In this document: positions 27,401 to 39,400 of the stretch, piece after piece
Position numbering within the stretch: the stretch's first letter is position 1
How the letters are laid out: every line of letters begins with the position of its first letter
NCBI RefSeq assembly: GCF_037042905.1
Contig: NC_087251.1
Span: 37,326,001 to 37,390,000, forward strand
Direction: 5' to 3'
DNA from: Lytechinus pictus
Taxonomy: Eukaryota
DNA: 64,000 nucleotides
Translations under genes and position numbers: made by a program
The notes under the pieces: model-generated
Databases searched by the model: none
Told to the model about the DNA's origin: nothing
What the model saw: only the letters and a program-made list of their open reading frames with translations

Positions 27401-30400
27401 TTTGCTGAGTCCTGAGAGGGAATCATCAGTATTGTCATCGCGAACACTTTTGTAATACAGAATCCTATGTTCCTCTGGGAGCTTCAACTTGATTTGGCTC
27501 AGCATAATCCTGCTATTCATCTCACCTGCTAAACCAATCGTCTCTGCTTGGCATTCAAAATTCTGAAGAACCTGGATGAAGTTTGCCATTGCAGGAAGAT
27601 TAACCTTTCCTTTACTCTCATATGGCTTGAGACTATCCAAATCCTGTAGCAGTCTGTCAACTACTCGGTCTTTGTCATCAAAGCGTTGGTCTAGCATCTC
27701 CCATGCTCTTGCTACACTCGAACAGCTTTTGACCAAGTTTCTTTCCTTCTGAGACATCATTGATTCTGACAACTGGAAGAAACATTCAATCTCCGACAGT
27801 TCCTTCGTACAATGTTGGAACATTTCCTTGAATCTCTGATATTCCCTGATATCTCCATTGAATGTTGGGAATTTAAGTCTCGCCATCCTGGGAGCACAGG
27901 CACCTGCAGATTGATTCCGAGAGGTAGGAGCAGGAGAGCTTGGAGGAGTAGTTGACTGTTGATTGGATGCTTGGTTGATTGATGATGGCGACAGCTGTTT
28001 GCTGAGGATTTTCCTACCATCATTAATCTTCTGGACAAAGTCTGCCTCACAGTTGACCATCCAGGTTTCCTCTGCTTCAAATTCAACGTCGTTCTCTATT
28101 ACCTGTACAAGCTCTGCGTGCGTCTCTTCTACCCTTGCGAATTGTTCCTCGGCCTTGTCGATGTACTGCTTGAGGAGACTAGTATCTGCAGAGTCATTGG
28201 AGAGGTTGACAATAGCTGTTAATGTCCTCGTCAATTGTCCCTTCAGATTGCGCCTCGAAACCTTTAGAGCCTTTGTGTCAGCCATCTTGCGTTGATAATA
28301 TACAGCAAAGTTGTTGAAGAACTGTTAAGACCGTGTCAGCATATACCACGTTGTCACAATAACCACAAAGGAGGCGTATTCTAAAATTAGCTTCCTTTTA
28401 ATACTTGGAAGTATCTCAGTAGCGGTGCTAGCTTGTAGCATATATTCAACAACTGTGTGTGAATCCTTCAGTTTTGTATTAAAAAACGAAGAAAACTCGG
28501 GATCGACCAAGGTCGATGTACCTTCGAACGGTCTTGTTTTAGCTGTGACCTTGCTTTGACCTTGAAGGGTAATTAGTCTAAACTCAAGTACATGCAAAAA
28601 AACCAAACATTTCAAAAGGCAACAATATCTGAATATCAAAACTATGTCATTCTATGACAACAAATATTTACATTTTGGCATCCTTTCTTCAAATTGCTTT
28701 TACTATTTCATGATTGAATTATATTTCATGTGACTTGCACCAGATGAAAGATAAGACTGTTAGCTCTACAATAATATGCCATTTGTTAATCATATTTGTG
28801 ATTTCTCGATCACGAATTATTGATAATTCTCAGGTACCGGTAAGTACTTTTCATGAATGCAGTGCATATTTCCTCACCTGAAATGAGTTGTTAAGGATAG
28901 AACTGGTTTGGGTTCAAGCTGCTCGGACATTGAGTAGAAGAAGAGTGTATTCAGAGCCATGTCAAAACACTGCAGGTCAAAGGTTATTATATACAAGAGT
29001 CAAATATCAAGACTTTAAAAATAGGTTAGTCTACACAGATACATTAATACAATATAGGACCTTGAGATTTCATCAATTTTATTCATGTCACTTATGTTTG
29101 TACTTATAAACAAAAGGAATCAAGTAAACAAAAGCAGTTTTTACATATCCATGAATTATCAAATAGCACATATGAAGATAAGTAAGCAATTCTTGTAACC
29201 CACTACAGTCTAGCCAGCAGTCTAGATTCCCAGGCGTTAATTCCATTTTGTTTTATTTTTTAAATTTCTTTTATTTTCATTTTTTGGGGGGTCTACCTCT
29301 TTTCTGTTTAAGCTTTCAAAGTTAACAGTGAGTAGGAAAATTCACACTAATTGTCATCCTTCCTGCATAAGTATTTGTGCGAAAACTTGCCCTATTGTTA
29401 TGTAGTATGTATTTAACTTCCTCTTATCCTTTCAGTCATTCACCTTCGCTTGTTTACAAACTCCCCCAATGTCATCTAAGAATCCCCAAACCCCCAAGAC
29501 CATTTAACTCCTAAACCTTGACCATAAAGACCAACCCTCAGTGACGTCAGCTAACTTCAAGGAAGAAGTATGACTCACACTTCCAGCCCCAGTCACTTGC
29601 ACAGAGCATCACCACACCCCTTATACCAGAGAAAGTTTGATAGGCAGTTACCTGTAGACCAATCAGATCAAGTTTAGATCACTCCCACCTTAAATTGTTA
29701 CACCCCCAAAACTAATGATATAAATAAGACTTCTTGATTATTGGAGAGATAGAATACAACGATAGAATACTAGACCAACACTCATCCATAGAGACTGACT
29801 GACTTCAAGACTTAGACGTCCATCGAATATTAACTTAACTCCATAATCTCAATCTGATACTTCTAAATTATTTTATATTCATCGTCTCCTATTATATCTG
29901 AATATTCATGTACTTCGAACTGTAGCTGAATATTGATGATTAAATACTTTGTGACTTTGAACTGTATAACTTTCTCCAAAGTTTCCTCATTACCCTTCCC
30001 TTCTAAATTATAATTACCGATCCCAACACGACACTATTAGCACAAGAAAAGTAAAATGCTGAATCAAAAATCAAATTCATTTTGTCTCTGTGAAAATTAA
30101 ATGCTGGAAAGACGACAAGCACCAGCGAGATGAACCCCCGGCTCAACACAGCCAATGCAGTTACAGTAAACTATGGCCACCAATGATGCCAAGCTTCTGA
30201 CATTCAATGCATAAGGCACAAGAGATTTAATATCACTTAAGTTCGCATGCTTTCGGAATGCTCTATTGTCTTGCTAATCCCCATAACGAATGGGTTCGTA
30301 GTGCCCCCTGCATACATCCGAATGCGAGGATTACTGTTAACAAAGAAGTCAATAGAAAGCGCTGAAGTACTCTGTTCAGGATACCACTGAACGCAAGGAT

Positions 30401-33400
30401 TACTATTAACAAAGGAGTCAATAGAATGCGCTTAAGTATTCCGTTCAGAACGGAGAATGGTTCTGCTCAGCTAGAAACAGCTACAGCCAGGTCCAGGGGG
30501 ATTTTCCCCAAGTGATCAATGTGACGAAAAAAAAAGCAGTTTGCCGATGTATGGATTTGAGATTCATTGCCGATCGTTTGGCGATCATTTTAAGAAACAT
30601 CCCGAGTCAAAACTTTCTGCATTTTAATTTTGACGGACGTATTTCTCCATTTTTATTAAAAGGTGATCAATAACAGATGTCTTGCGCTCATGATAAGAAA
30701 TTTCCCGTGTATGAAGGGATGTCCAAACTTTGCGCTTTTTTATTTTGGCGGACGATATATATATTTTTTTTTCAGTTATATTGAAAGTCAATAAATTTGA
30801 CATTCGTTACAAATCGTCTAACAATAATTTAAAGGCATTTCTCGAGTCAGAAGGGATGTTCAAACTTTGCGCTTTTTGATTTTGACGAACGTATTTCATT
30901 TAATTAAAAGTTAATCGTCAGAGAACTTAACGATGTCGGCGCTATCTCTTCGACATCGGATCAGGCGCGGAGGTCGTCCGCTAGTTCATTCTTGACATTT
31001 TTCTTCCTGTGGTCATGCTTTATTTCATACCCTGACATCGTTTACATGATCGTTAAATAGGTTCTGACGTCAGAGAACTTCACGATGTTGGCGCTATCTC
31101 TACGACATCCGATCAGGTGCGGAGGTCGTCCGCTATTTTATCCTTGACATTTTTCTTCCCGTGGTAATCATTTATTTCACACCCTTACATCGTTTACATG
31201 ATCACAAAATAGGTTCGATTGGCGCTATCTCTCCGAAATCAGGCGCAGAAGTCGCTATCTCCCCCCTCTCTATATATATATCTTTCTCTTGTTCTATCTC
31301 TCCAACTATTGACTTTCCTCCCACTCTCCTATTCTCAAACTCATCCTTTTATTAAATTCCAGTTTAGAATACTTAACTCAAAGATGATCGTCAATGTTTC
31401 GAGATGGACATAATCATATCAATATAATTCACCTCCCGGGTTCACTTTTAGTAATTATTTTATCTTCCAATAACATCAAATATTTGCTTCATTTTTTATC
31501 CACTCCGCCATAAAATGAATATTGACCTAAAAGGTATTAAATTGTTATTTGATACTTCTAACGATTTTTAACCTATACCTTTAGAAATTATTTATTCTCA
31601 CACAGAGCACACCGAGGCTCAATGATTGTTTTCTATTGCGCAATCCACAACTGGGGGGGGGGTCAATAGATGGAGAGAAAAGAGCGAGAGAGATGGGGGG
31701 GGGGCTTTGAGGTTGTTTTCTACAGTATACTTCAGTTTTAAACATTTATTTCATATCGGGTAGCATCAAAGTTTAGACATCCCTTCTGACTAGAGAAATG
31801 TCGCAAAATAACCTCTAAACAATAATAATGTACGTTTAATCTTGCAGTAAACTTTGCTCTTTTAAATTCTTGACACTTAAAAACTTTAACAATACCATAC
31901 TGCTAAAGGCGATTTTCCCCCCTTTTTTTTAACAAGTGCACAAACCTTTTTACCAAGAATGCGTATAGCTTTTTCATTTATTTGAATGCAGGATAAAAGA
32001 ACACAGCGGATTAAATGCCTTGCTCACGGGCATAGGTGCCGCGGCCGGGGATTGAACCCCGGAGTGATTCTTAAGGTATGAATGACATCAAAGTGTATAT
32101 TATTGTTTGAGCGAACGTAAATCTCCTTTGACGCGGATTCGGGTCAGAATTGTTTGGGTATTAACGGAACTTCTAATCCAGTGGGTAGAGGGGGGGGGGG
32201 TCGAATATATTTGAGGATGATAAATCACAATAATGACAAGTATACAATCATGAGAATAACGAGGGAGTAGGAAATAATGATCAATCATTTATATATTGGC
32301 ATATAATTGTGACCAATGTTTCCTTGTGATTTTCATAATTATGATCGTTATTGAATGAAACCATTTCCCACAAAACCCCTAAAATTCGACATTGCTGTAT
32401 TGATAAATTCTTACTCCGACATCAGAGGCTTATATCTTTTAACGATATTAGAGCTTATTATGTAATTTGCATTATGAAATTATAATCATTATCTTCCAAC
32501 CAAATATGAGTCTTGCTTTTTCTCGATCCGACACGGCATAAAAAATGAAGGTTTAACAGTATAGGATATTCAATTCAAAGATGATTGTCACCGAGCATAA
32601 TTCTGAATAATTAAAGGAGGAAATAATCATATTGATATAATTGCGTGATTTACTATCTATCCTCCCACAATATACACATATCTCTTCTTCTTGATGCTTC
32701 TCGATATGAAATAAAGTTTTAAAACTGAAGTATAGAATATCGGCCTCAAAGCCACCCCCCCCCCCCTTCCCCAAAATCGTCAAGCTCTCTGACGTCAGAA
32801 CCTATTTTATGATCATGTAAAAGATGTCAGGGTATGAAATAAAAAATGATCACGGGAAGAAAAACATCAAGGATAAAATAAGCGGACGACCTCCGCGTCT
32901 GATCTGATGTCGGAGAGATTGCGCCGACATCGTTAAGTTGTCTGACGTCAGAACCTATTTTATGATCACGTAAACGATGTCAGGGTATGAAATAAAGGAT
33001 GACCAAGGGAAGAAAAATATCAAGGATAAACTAGCGGACGACCTCCGCACCAGTCTGATGTGGGATAGATAGCATTGACATCGTTTAGTTGTCTGACGTC
33101 AGAACCTATTTTATGATCATGTAAACGAAACGATGTCAGGGTATGAAATAAAGAATGACCACGGGAAGAAAAACATCAAGGATAAACTAGCGGACGACCT
33201 CCGCGCCTGATCTGATATCGGAGAGATAGCGCCGACATTGTTAAGTTGTCGGACGTTAAAACCTTTTTTATGATCAAGTAAACGATGTCAGGGTATGAAA
33301 TAAATGATGACCACGGGAAGAAAAATATGAAGGATAATAGTCAAGTCAATATAGGGTTTGACCCACCACTAATTGCAACACGAGATATTCCACTGAAATG

Positions 33401-36400
33401 CTTTCAAGGAAGGTCCCCTAAACAACATACTAAAAGTCCCAAGAAATCCAAGCAGTGGAAATTTATGAAATTTGCATATTATGCAAATTAGCCATAAAAA
33501 GTTAGAAAAATAAGGAAAATAGCCCAAAGATTACAAATTGAGTGTCCAAAACAATTCAATTTGAGCGAAAATTCATGATAAATAACTGCAATCAATGTTT
33601 TTTGTCAATAGTGCAAAAAAATCTACCTCATTTGCATAATATGCAAATAAGCATCCTTATATGGAAAAATGTCAAGGTATTGTGATTTTTCTCTCATTAT
33701 CTGCTTCAAAATTTCATTAGTGTTGGAATTTACATGCTGCTATCACTAAGGATGTTGAATACATTTGTATTCAGCTTAGTGTCTGTAGTGTAATTTGCAT
33801 ATTATGCAAATAAAAGTATCTAACATGTTATAAATATTCAAGAAAACACACTGGTGATACATCCCTCAAAAATTGCAGGTAGATTATCTATTGAAATTGG
33901 AATATGGCAATACCTTACAGGAAGGTTTCCTAAACGCCATATTAAAAGTCCTTATATATACAAGTATATAGGAAAATCACAAAATTAGCATTTTATGCAA
34001 ATTAGCCATAATAAATTACAAATAAGGAAAATAATCCAAATATTGGAAATCAAGTGCAGAAATCAATATGAATTGAACATGATAAGTTTTACAAATTTAT
34101 TTATTTTTTAAATAAAAAATCGTAAATAAATCTACCTCATTTGCATATACATGTATATGAGCATCTTTATATGGAAAAAAATCCAGAAATTTTGATTTTT
34201 CTCACGAAAACAGTTATGAAAACATTTCAGTCTAGATCAATATGATGTGATCACTAAGAATGGCAAATACATTAACAATCAGCTTAATATCTGAAGTGTA
34301 ATTTACATATTATGCAAATAAGCATCCGACATGTTATAAATATTCAAGGAAACACATAAGTGATACTTTCCTCTAAGATTTCATGTAGATTATGTGTATT
34401 AACCATGATGACCTTCCCTACACTTCTTGCTTGGTTGATATTGACTTTTGTCACGAGTAGTTACCCCACTCATACTGTACAATGATGAGTCCATTCTACA
34501 TGGATCCCACTGCTTGAATGCTTCATTATTTCCATCCAAGTCTTACTCTCTTCTTGACTTTGCGTTTCTTGCGAGTATAGTCCACGCTAGCAACTCCTGG
34601 ATTGCCAAGTGATCAGCACAAGATGTCACACCCGTACAAATAAAAGCCCATTAGCTTCGAATATTTGGTCCTTGTAGCACACCAATTAGCTTATAAACTT
34701 GGGGTCCTTGTATTTAAAGCGCTTAACGATAAATCTCCACCCTACATCTCAGAGCTCTTATCTCAGCATAGACCAACACGCAGTCTCAGATCAGCAGCTC
34801 AAGCATTGCTGAGGGAATCTCTCAGCTACACAACCTGTTGTGACAGAGCCTTCTACATCTCTGGACCAAAGCTGTGGAACAGCCTTCCCCAATTTATCAG
34901 GAGAGCAGAGACCCAATCAACTTTTGAGTCTTACCTGAAGACCTTTCTGTTCCCCACTCCAACATTATCCCAAGACAAGAATAACTCAATTGTAGCATTA
35001 CTAGGACAGTACTTGAACTGAATGATGATCCTAAGCACTGTTTGAAGACATTGAAATTTGTGAGATATTTCCTATTTTTGAGCAAGCGCCATGAGCGCCC
35101 AGCTGAGGCGGATACCGGCGCTTTACAAGAACCCATCATCGTCATCATCACTTGTCTTGGTGGTGAATATGAGTACTTGCTTGGATCACAAGATCTCTGG
35201 GCATGCTTAATAAGAGTAACAATGGGCATTTGCCTATACGAGCAACATGAAAGCCATTCATAAATTCATGATGAAGGCTTAAAGTGCATTATAGGCATCG
35301 TTCTCAGATACAAGAATTGTGATTAGACGTTCTTGCTGAATCCAGTTGCTGCTTCATGATGAAGCGTCCATTTTCTGCTCTTTCCTCTTTGATAAATCTC
35401 CTATGGCAACCATCTCCAAATATTAAATCTATAGTTTCTAAGTAAGTCGTATGCAAATAATAATATGAATTTCCTGATATTTATGGTAAACAAAAATTCC
35501 TCAGTGAGACAATGAACAAACCAGATGGAGGACTAAGCCAGATTATTGCCTTTCCAACAAGAGGACACAACATAATGGAACACCCTTAACATCACCATCA
35601 AATACCACCACTTCCAGGATTTATTGGCCACAATGTGCTACTCATGGGTATACTGAGGTTATCCAGAGGAATAAACAATTTATGGTACGACTATAAGGAT
35701 GTACTCTGGAGGAATGCTGACTTTAATAGTGTCATGCAGATGTACTTTGGACAATCATACAACTCTCTGTATATTGAAAATAAATCCAACAAGTCGAGCA
35801 TAGGAGACTGAATGCCAATCAAGAGGACTTTAACAAGAACACACCGTTAACCATGTCTTCTTCCGACACAAGTTGCCTCAATGAGACAATGGACATAAGT
35901 TGTGTCGGAAGATGTCAAAGAGTTTTAGAGAAAGGCTAGGAAGGCTTGCACATTTTAGAGCTCCAAAAGCATCAGTAAGGTAAAGCTCAGAATTGCTACA
36001 ATGCATTAAAGAGGACCATATGAGGGTTTGTAGACAAGCCTATAATACATAATTTGTTGACCGGATTGACAATGATCCAGGCTGTAACAATTAGCATGTT
36101 GGGAGCCCTTAATATCAATAGCTATGACTAAATTGGAATATAATTATTAAAGGAAGGCAAAGATTTTTAGTCTTAGTATTCACCACGGATCATGATGATG
36201 ATGACGCTGAAGTCCTGACCCAGACATGGCCAGATAACATATTGTTTAGTCAAGCAGGTGTAGCCAGACTACTGAAGAAATTGTTAAAGAAAACAACCTG
36301 CATGAAGCTACTAGGCCAGACGGAATCTCTGCTGCACTTAATGAGACTACTCATCAGATCTTACCTGCCATAAGTTTGCTTTTCCTGGCCTCCCTTTATC

Positions 36401-39400
36401 ATGTTTATGCGGTGAAATTTCAAGAAAGTCTAAGTCGTTCCCATCCATATAAGAAAGGGTTGTCAACTCTAACAAACTACACACCAATTCAAATACTGTG
36501 CTTTATTCTTGCCAATCCCATCATCTTGTCACACTAAACGCTTAGGAAGCGAAGAACATATTTCCAGTATTTTTCCTTGAATACAAATCATATTAGGACA
36601 GATTTGAATGCTTAGTGATAGCAGCATATTAATATGAAAAACTGAAATGCTTTCACTGCAGTCAATGTGATAAAATCAAAATTTCTTGACATTATGCAAA
36701 TGAGGCAGATTTGCTAGCTTTTTTAGATAAAGACATTGAACTTATTTATTCATCATGAACTTTTGTTCAAAATTACTTGCTGTGGACATTTAATTTGTAA
36801 TCTTTGGATTAATTTCCTCATTTACTATTTTTTTAAATGGCTAATTTGCATAATATGCAAATTAATTTTCAGGCATTGGGATGAATTATCATGCTTAGTG
36901 ATATAGTAGCATATTAATGTCAACATTAATGAAATGTTTTCAAGCAGTCTATATGAGAAAAATCACAATATCTTGACATTTTTTCCATATAAGGATGCTT
37001 ATTTGCATAATATGCAAATGAGGTAGAAGTTTTTGCACTTTTGATTAAAAACATTGAATTCAGTTATTTATCATGAATTTCCATTCAAATTAAATTATTT
37101 TGGACATTTAATTTGTAATCTTTGGATTATTTCCCTTCTTTTTCTAATTTTTCATAACTAATTTGCATAATATGCAAATTTCATAAATTTCCACTGCTTG
37201 GATTTCTTGGGACTTTTAGTATGATGTTAAGGGGACCTTCCTGGAAAGCATTTCAGTGGAATATCTCGTGTTGCAATTAGTGGTGGGATACCCCCCTATT
37301 CTGGCTAGATTGACTGGACTATAAACTAGCGGACGACCTCCGCGCCTGATCTGATATCGGAGAGATAGCGCCGACATCATTAAGTTGTCGGACGTTAGAA
37401 CCTTTTTTATGATCACATAAACGATGTCAGGGTATGAAATAAAGGATGACCATGGGAAGAAAAATGTCAAGGATAAACTAGCGGACGACTTTCGCGCTGG
37501 ACCTGGTGTCGGAGAGATAGCGCCGACATTGTTAAGTTGTCTATCAACTTTTAATTAAATGAAATACGTTCGTCAAAATTAAAAAGCGCAGTTTGGACAT
37601 CCCTTCTAACTCAAGAAATGTCTTTAAATTATTGTTAGACGATTTGTAAGGAATGTCTGATTTATTGACTTTCAATATAAATGAAAAAATATCGTCCGTC
37701 AAAATCAAAAAGCGCAAAGTTTGGACATCCCTTCTGACTTGAGAAAAATCGCAAACTGACTTCTAAACGATCTGTTGAATGTCAAATGATTAACTTTCAA
37801 TATAAATGAAAAAATATCATCCGTCAAAATAAAAAAGCGCAAAGTTCTGGCATTCCTTCATACACGGGAAATGTCTTAAAATTCTCGACTAACGATCTGT
37901 ATTGAATGTCAAAATGGTTATAAATGAACAATACGCCCATCAAAATTAAAAAGGTTGATAATAAACTTTCAATATGAATGAATAAATAAAGGACGCATGT
38001 TTGTTCGTCCAACTTAAGAAGTGCTCAAAGTTTGATCATCCCTTTTTATTCGGGAAATGCCCAGCGTTGCAGTAAGAAATCTATATCAAGGCTTGAATTA
38101 ATCCCCACGTTCGCATGTATTCTTTCATTAATAATCCGACCATTCGCTTTGCCGTTCAGTGACACCCCCTTTTGTGCGAGAAGACAATCAAAATCAGTAC
38201 TCTTCTCGGCTCACTCTTTCAGTAGGATTCTGAACGTGAATGATCTTGAACGAATAGGGTCTATTGTCTACTCTTTTAATCCCCGTTCAGAGCCCGTTCG
38301 CACACAAGAGGGATTTAATCTCTTGTGCCTAAGTATCCATCGGTATCGATCAATTTTCACAGAGCGGATCACTGGAATTGACTCTAGAGCAAATGTAATG
38401 GAATCGGTGTACACCATTCATTCACACAGAATCTACAGAAAATGTTGTACCTGTATTTTTCCTGCTGTACTCCCGACAACGAACACTGAATCACCAGGAT
38501 GCCAGGAGATGAATTGAGGTACCTGGTGGATGAAACAAAAAGATTCACTACATGGTCACAATAAATATAATATCAGTACCAAGTATCACATTGGGTATGT
38601 ATGCGCAAACACATTGAGAAAGACCGAAGATGTAGAAAATGGCAATGCAGAGGCTCAACGGTACACCTTGTATTCTTATTGGGGCTAATATTTGGTCCTG
38701 TAGATCGGCAAGAACATACTTGCAGGAACGTCGAGTCTAGGTGGTTCTTTTCAGGACCAAAGTATATACAAGAATATGGTTTATTGTACGTCCTCTATAT
38801 TGATTCATTCTTTGCTACGGAAACCTTCAGAAGTTAATGTCATTATTAAATAGTTATACTTGCTTACAGGCAATTCCATACAGGATTTGATTTGATTTTA
38901 TTTATTTATTTCTGTTTCACAATTGTACATAATATGATAAACATAACATAACAAGGTCGAAAATACTACAAGACAAAATATAATATATATAACATAATCA
39001 TAGATTTAAGGAACACAATTCAGTAAATAAATGTTTATTGGATGTTTGTCCAACCCCCTGTATATGGGACCTTCCCGATATGATTTGCCTCTATATTCTA
39101 GCTCCAATAAAGGTTGACACGACATATTCTCCTGTGACATTTGCTCCGGTCTTAATATCTCAGAAGGCATGGAGTTTGAGTTAGTATCGTAATACAGTTT
39201 TTGGTTTAGAATAATGTAAAGATTAGGATTAGGGTTTATTTAGTTTTGGAGGGTAGATTTTATGTTTGGCTTAATATGCAGATTTTCCATCAGAGCAATT
39301 GTCGCCAGAGCAAATGTCATTGAACCCATACAAAAAGCTGTAATGCCATCATATCAATATGGCTTGTTTCGTGAAGTAAAGTAAAAATGGATAAAAATAA

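Larger units (their letters stand above)
22529..28659 (-). mobile_element. Full-length BEL/Pao LTR retrotransposon (6131 bp)
   Basis: TG...CA LTRs at 22529-22865 and 28323-28659, identical by eye; 5-bp TSD ACAAA at 22524-22528 and 28660-28664; single uninterrupted gag-pol ORF. Confidence 0.97.
33338..37321. mobile_element. Non-autonomous Academ-like DNA transposon
   Basis: TAG...CTA termini; TIRs of several hundred bp; the 3-bp TSD TAA is confirmed by the host repeat unit ggataaactagcgg. Confidence 0.8.
30215..38329. mobile_element. Large non-autonomous foldback element (PIF/Harbinger-like) with modular inverted arms
   Basis: TAA TSD; TIR GGCACAAGAGATT; ~120-bp repeat modules at 30600-31220 are mirrored at 32780-33337 and 37322-38050. 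Confidence 0.65.

Noticed and set aside
23064..28295. Short ORFs overlapping gag-pol on both strands
   Set aside because: These are shadow ORFs expected opposite or within a long, relatively GC-rich coding region, and they have no motifs.
38032..38517. 161-aa plus-strand ORF
   Set aside because: It spans a transposon end and the antisense of a WDPCP exon, has a non-ATG start and has no recognisable domain.
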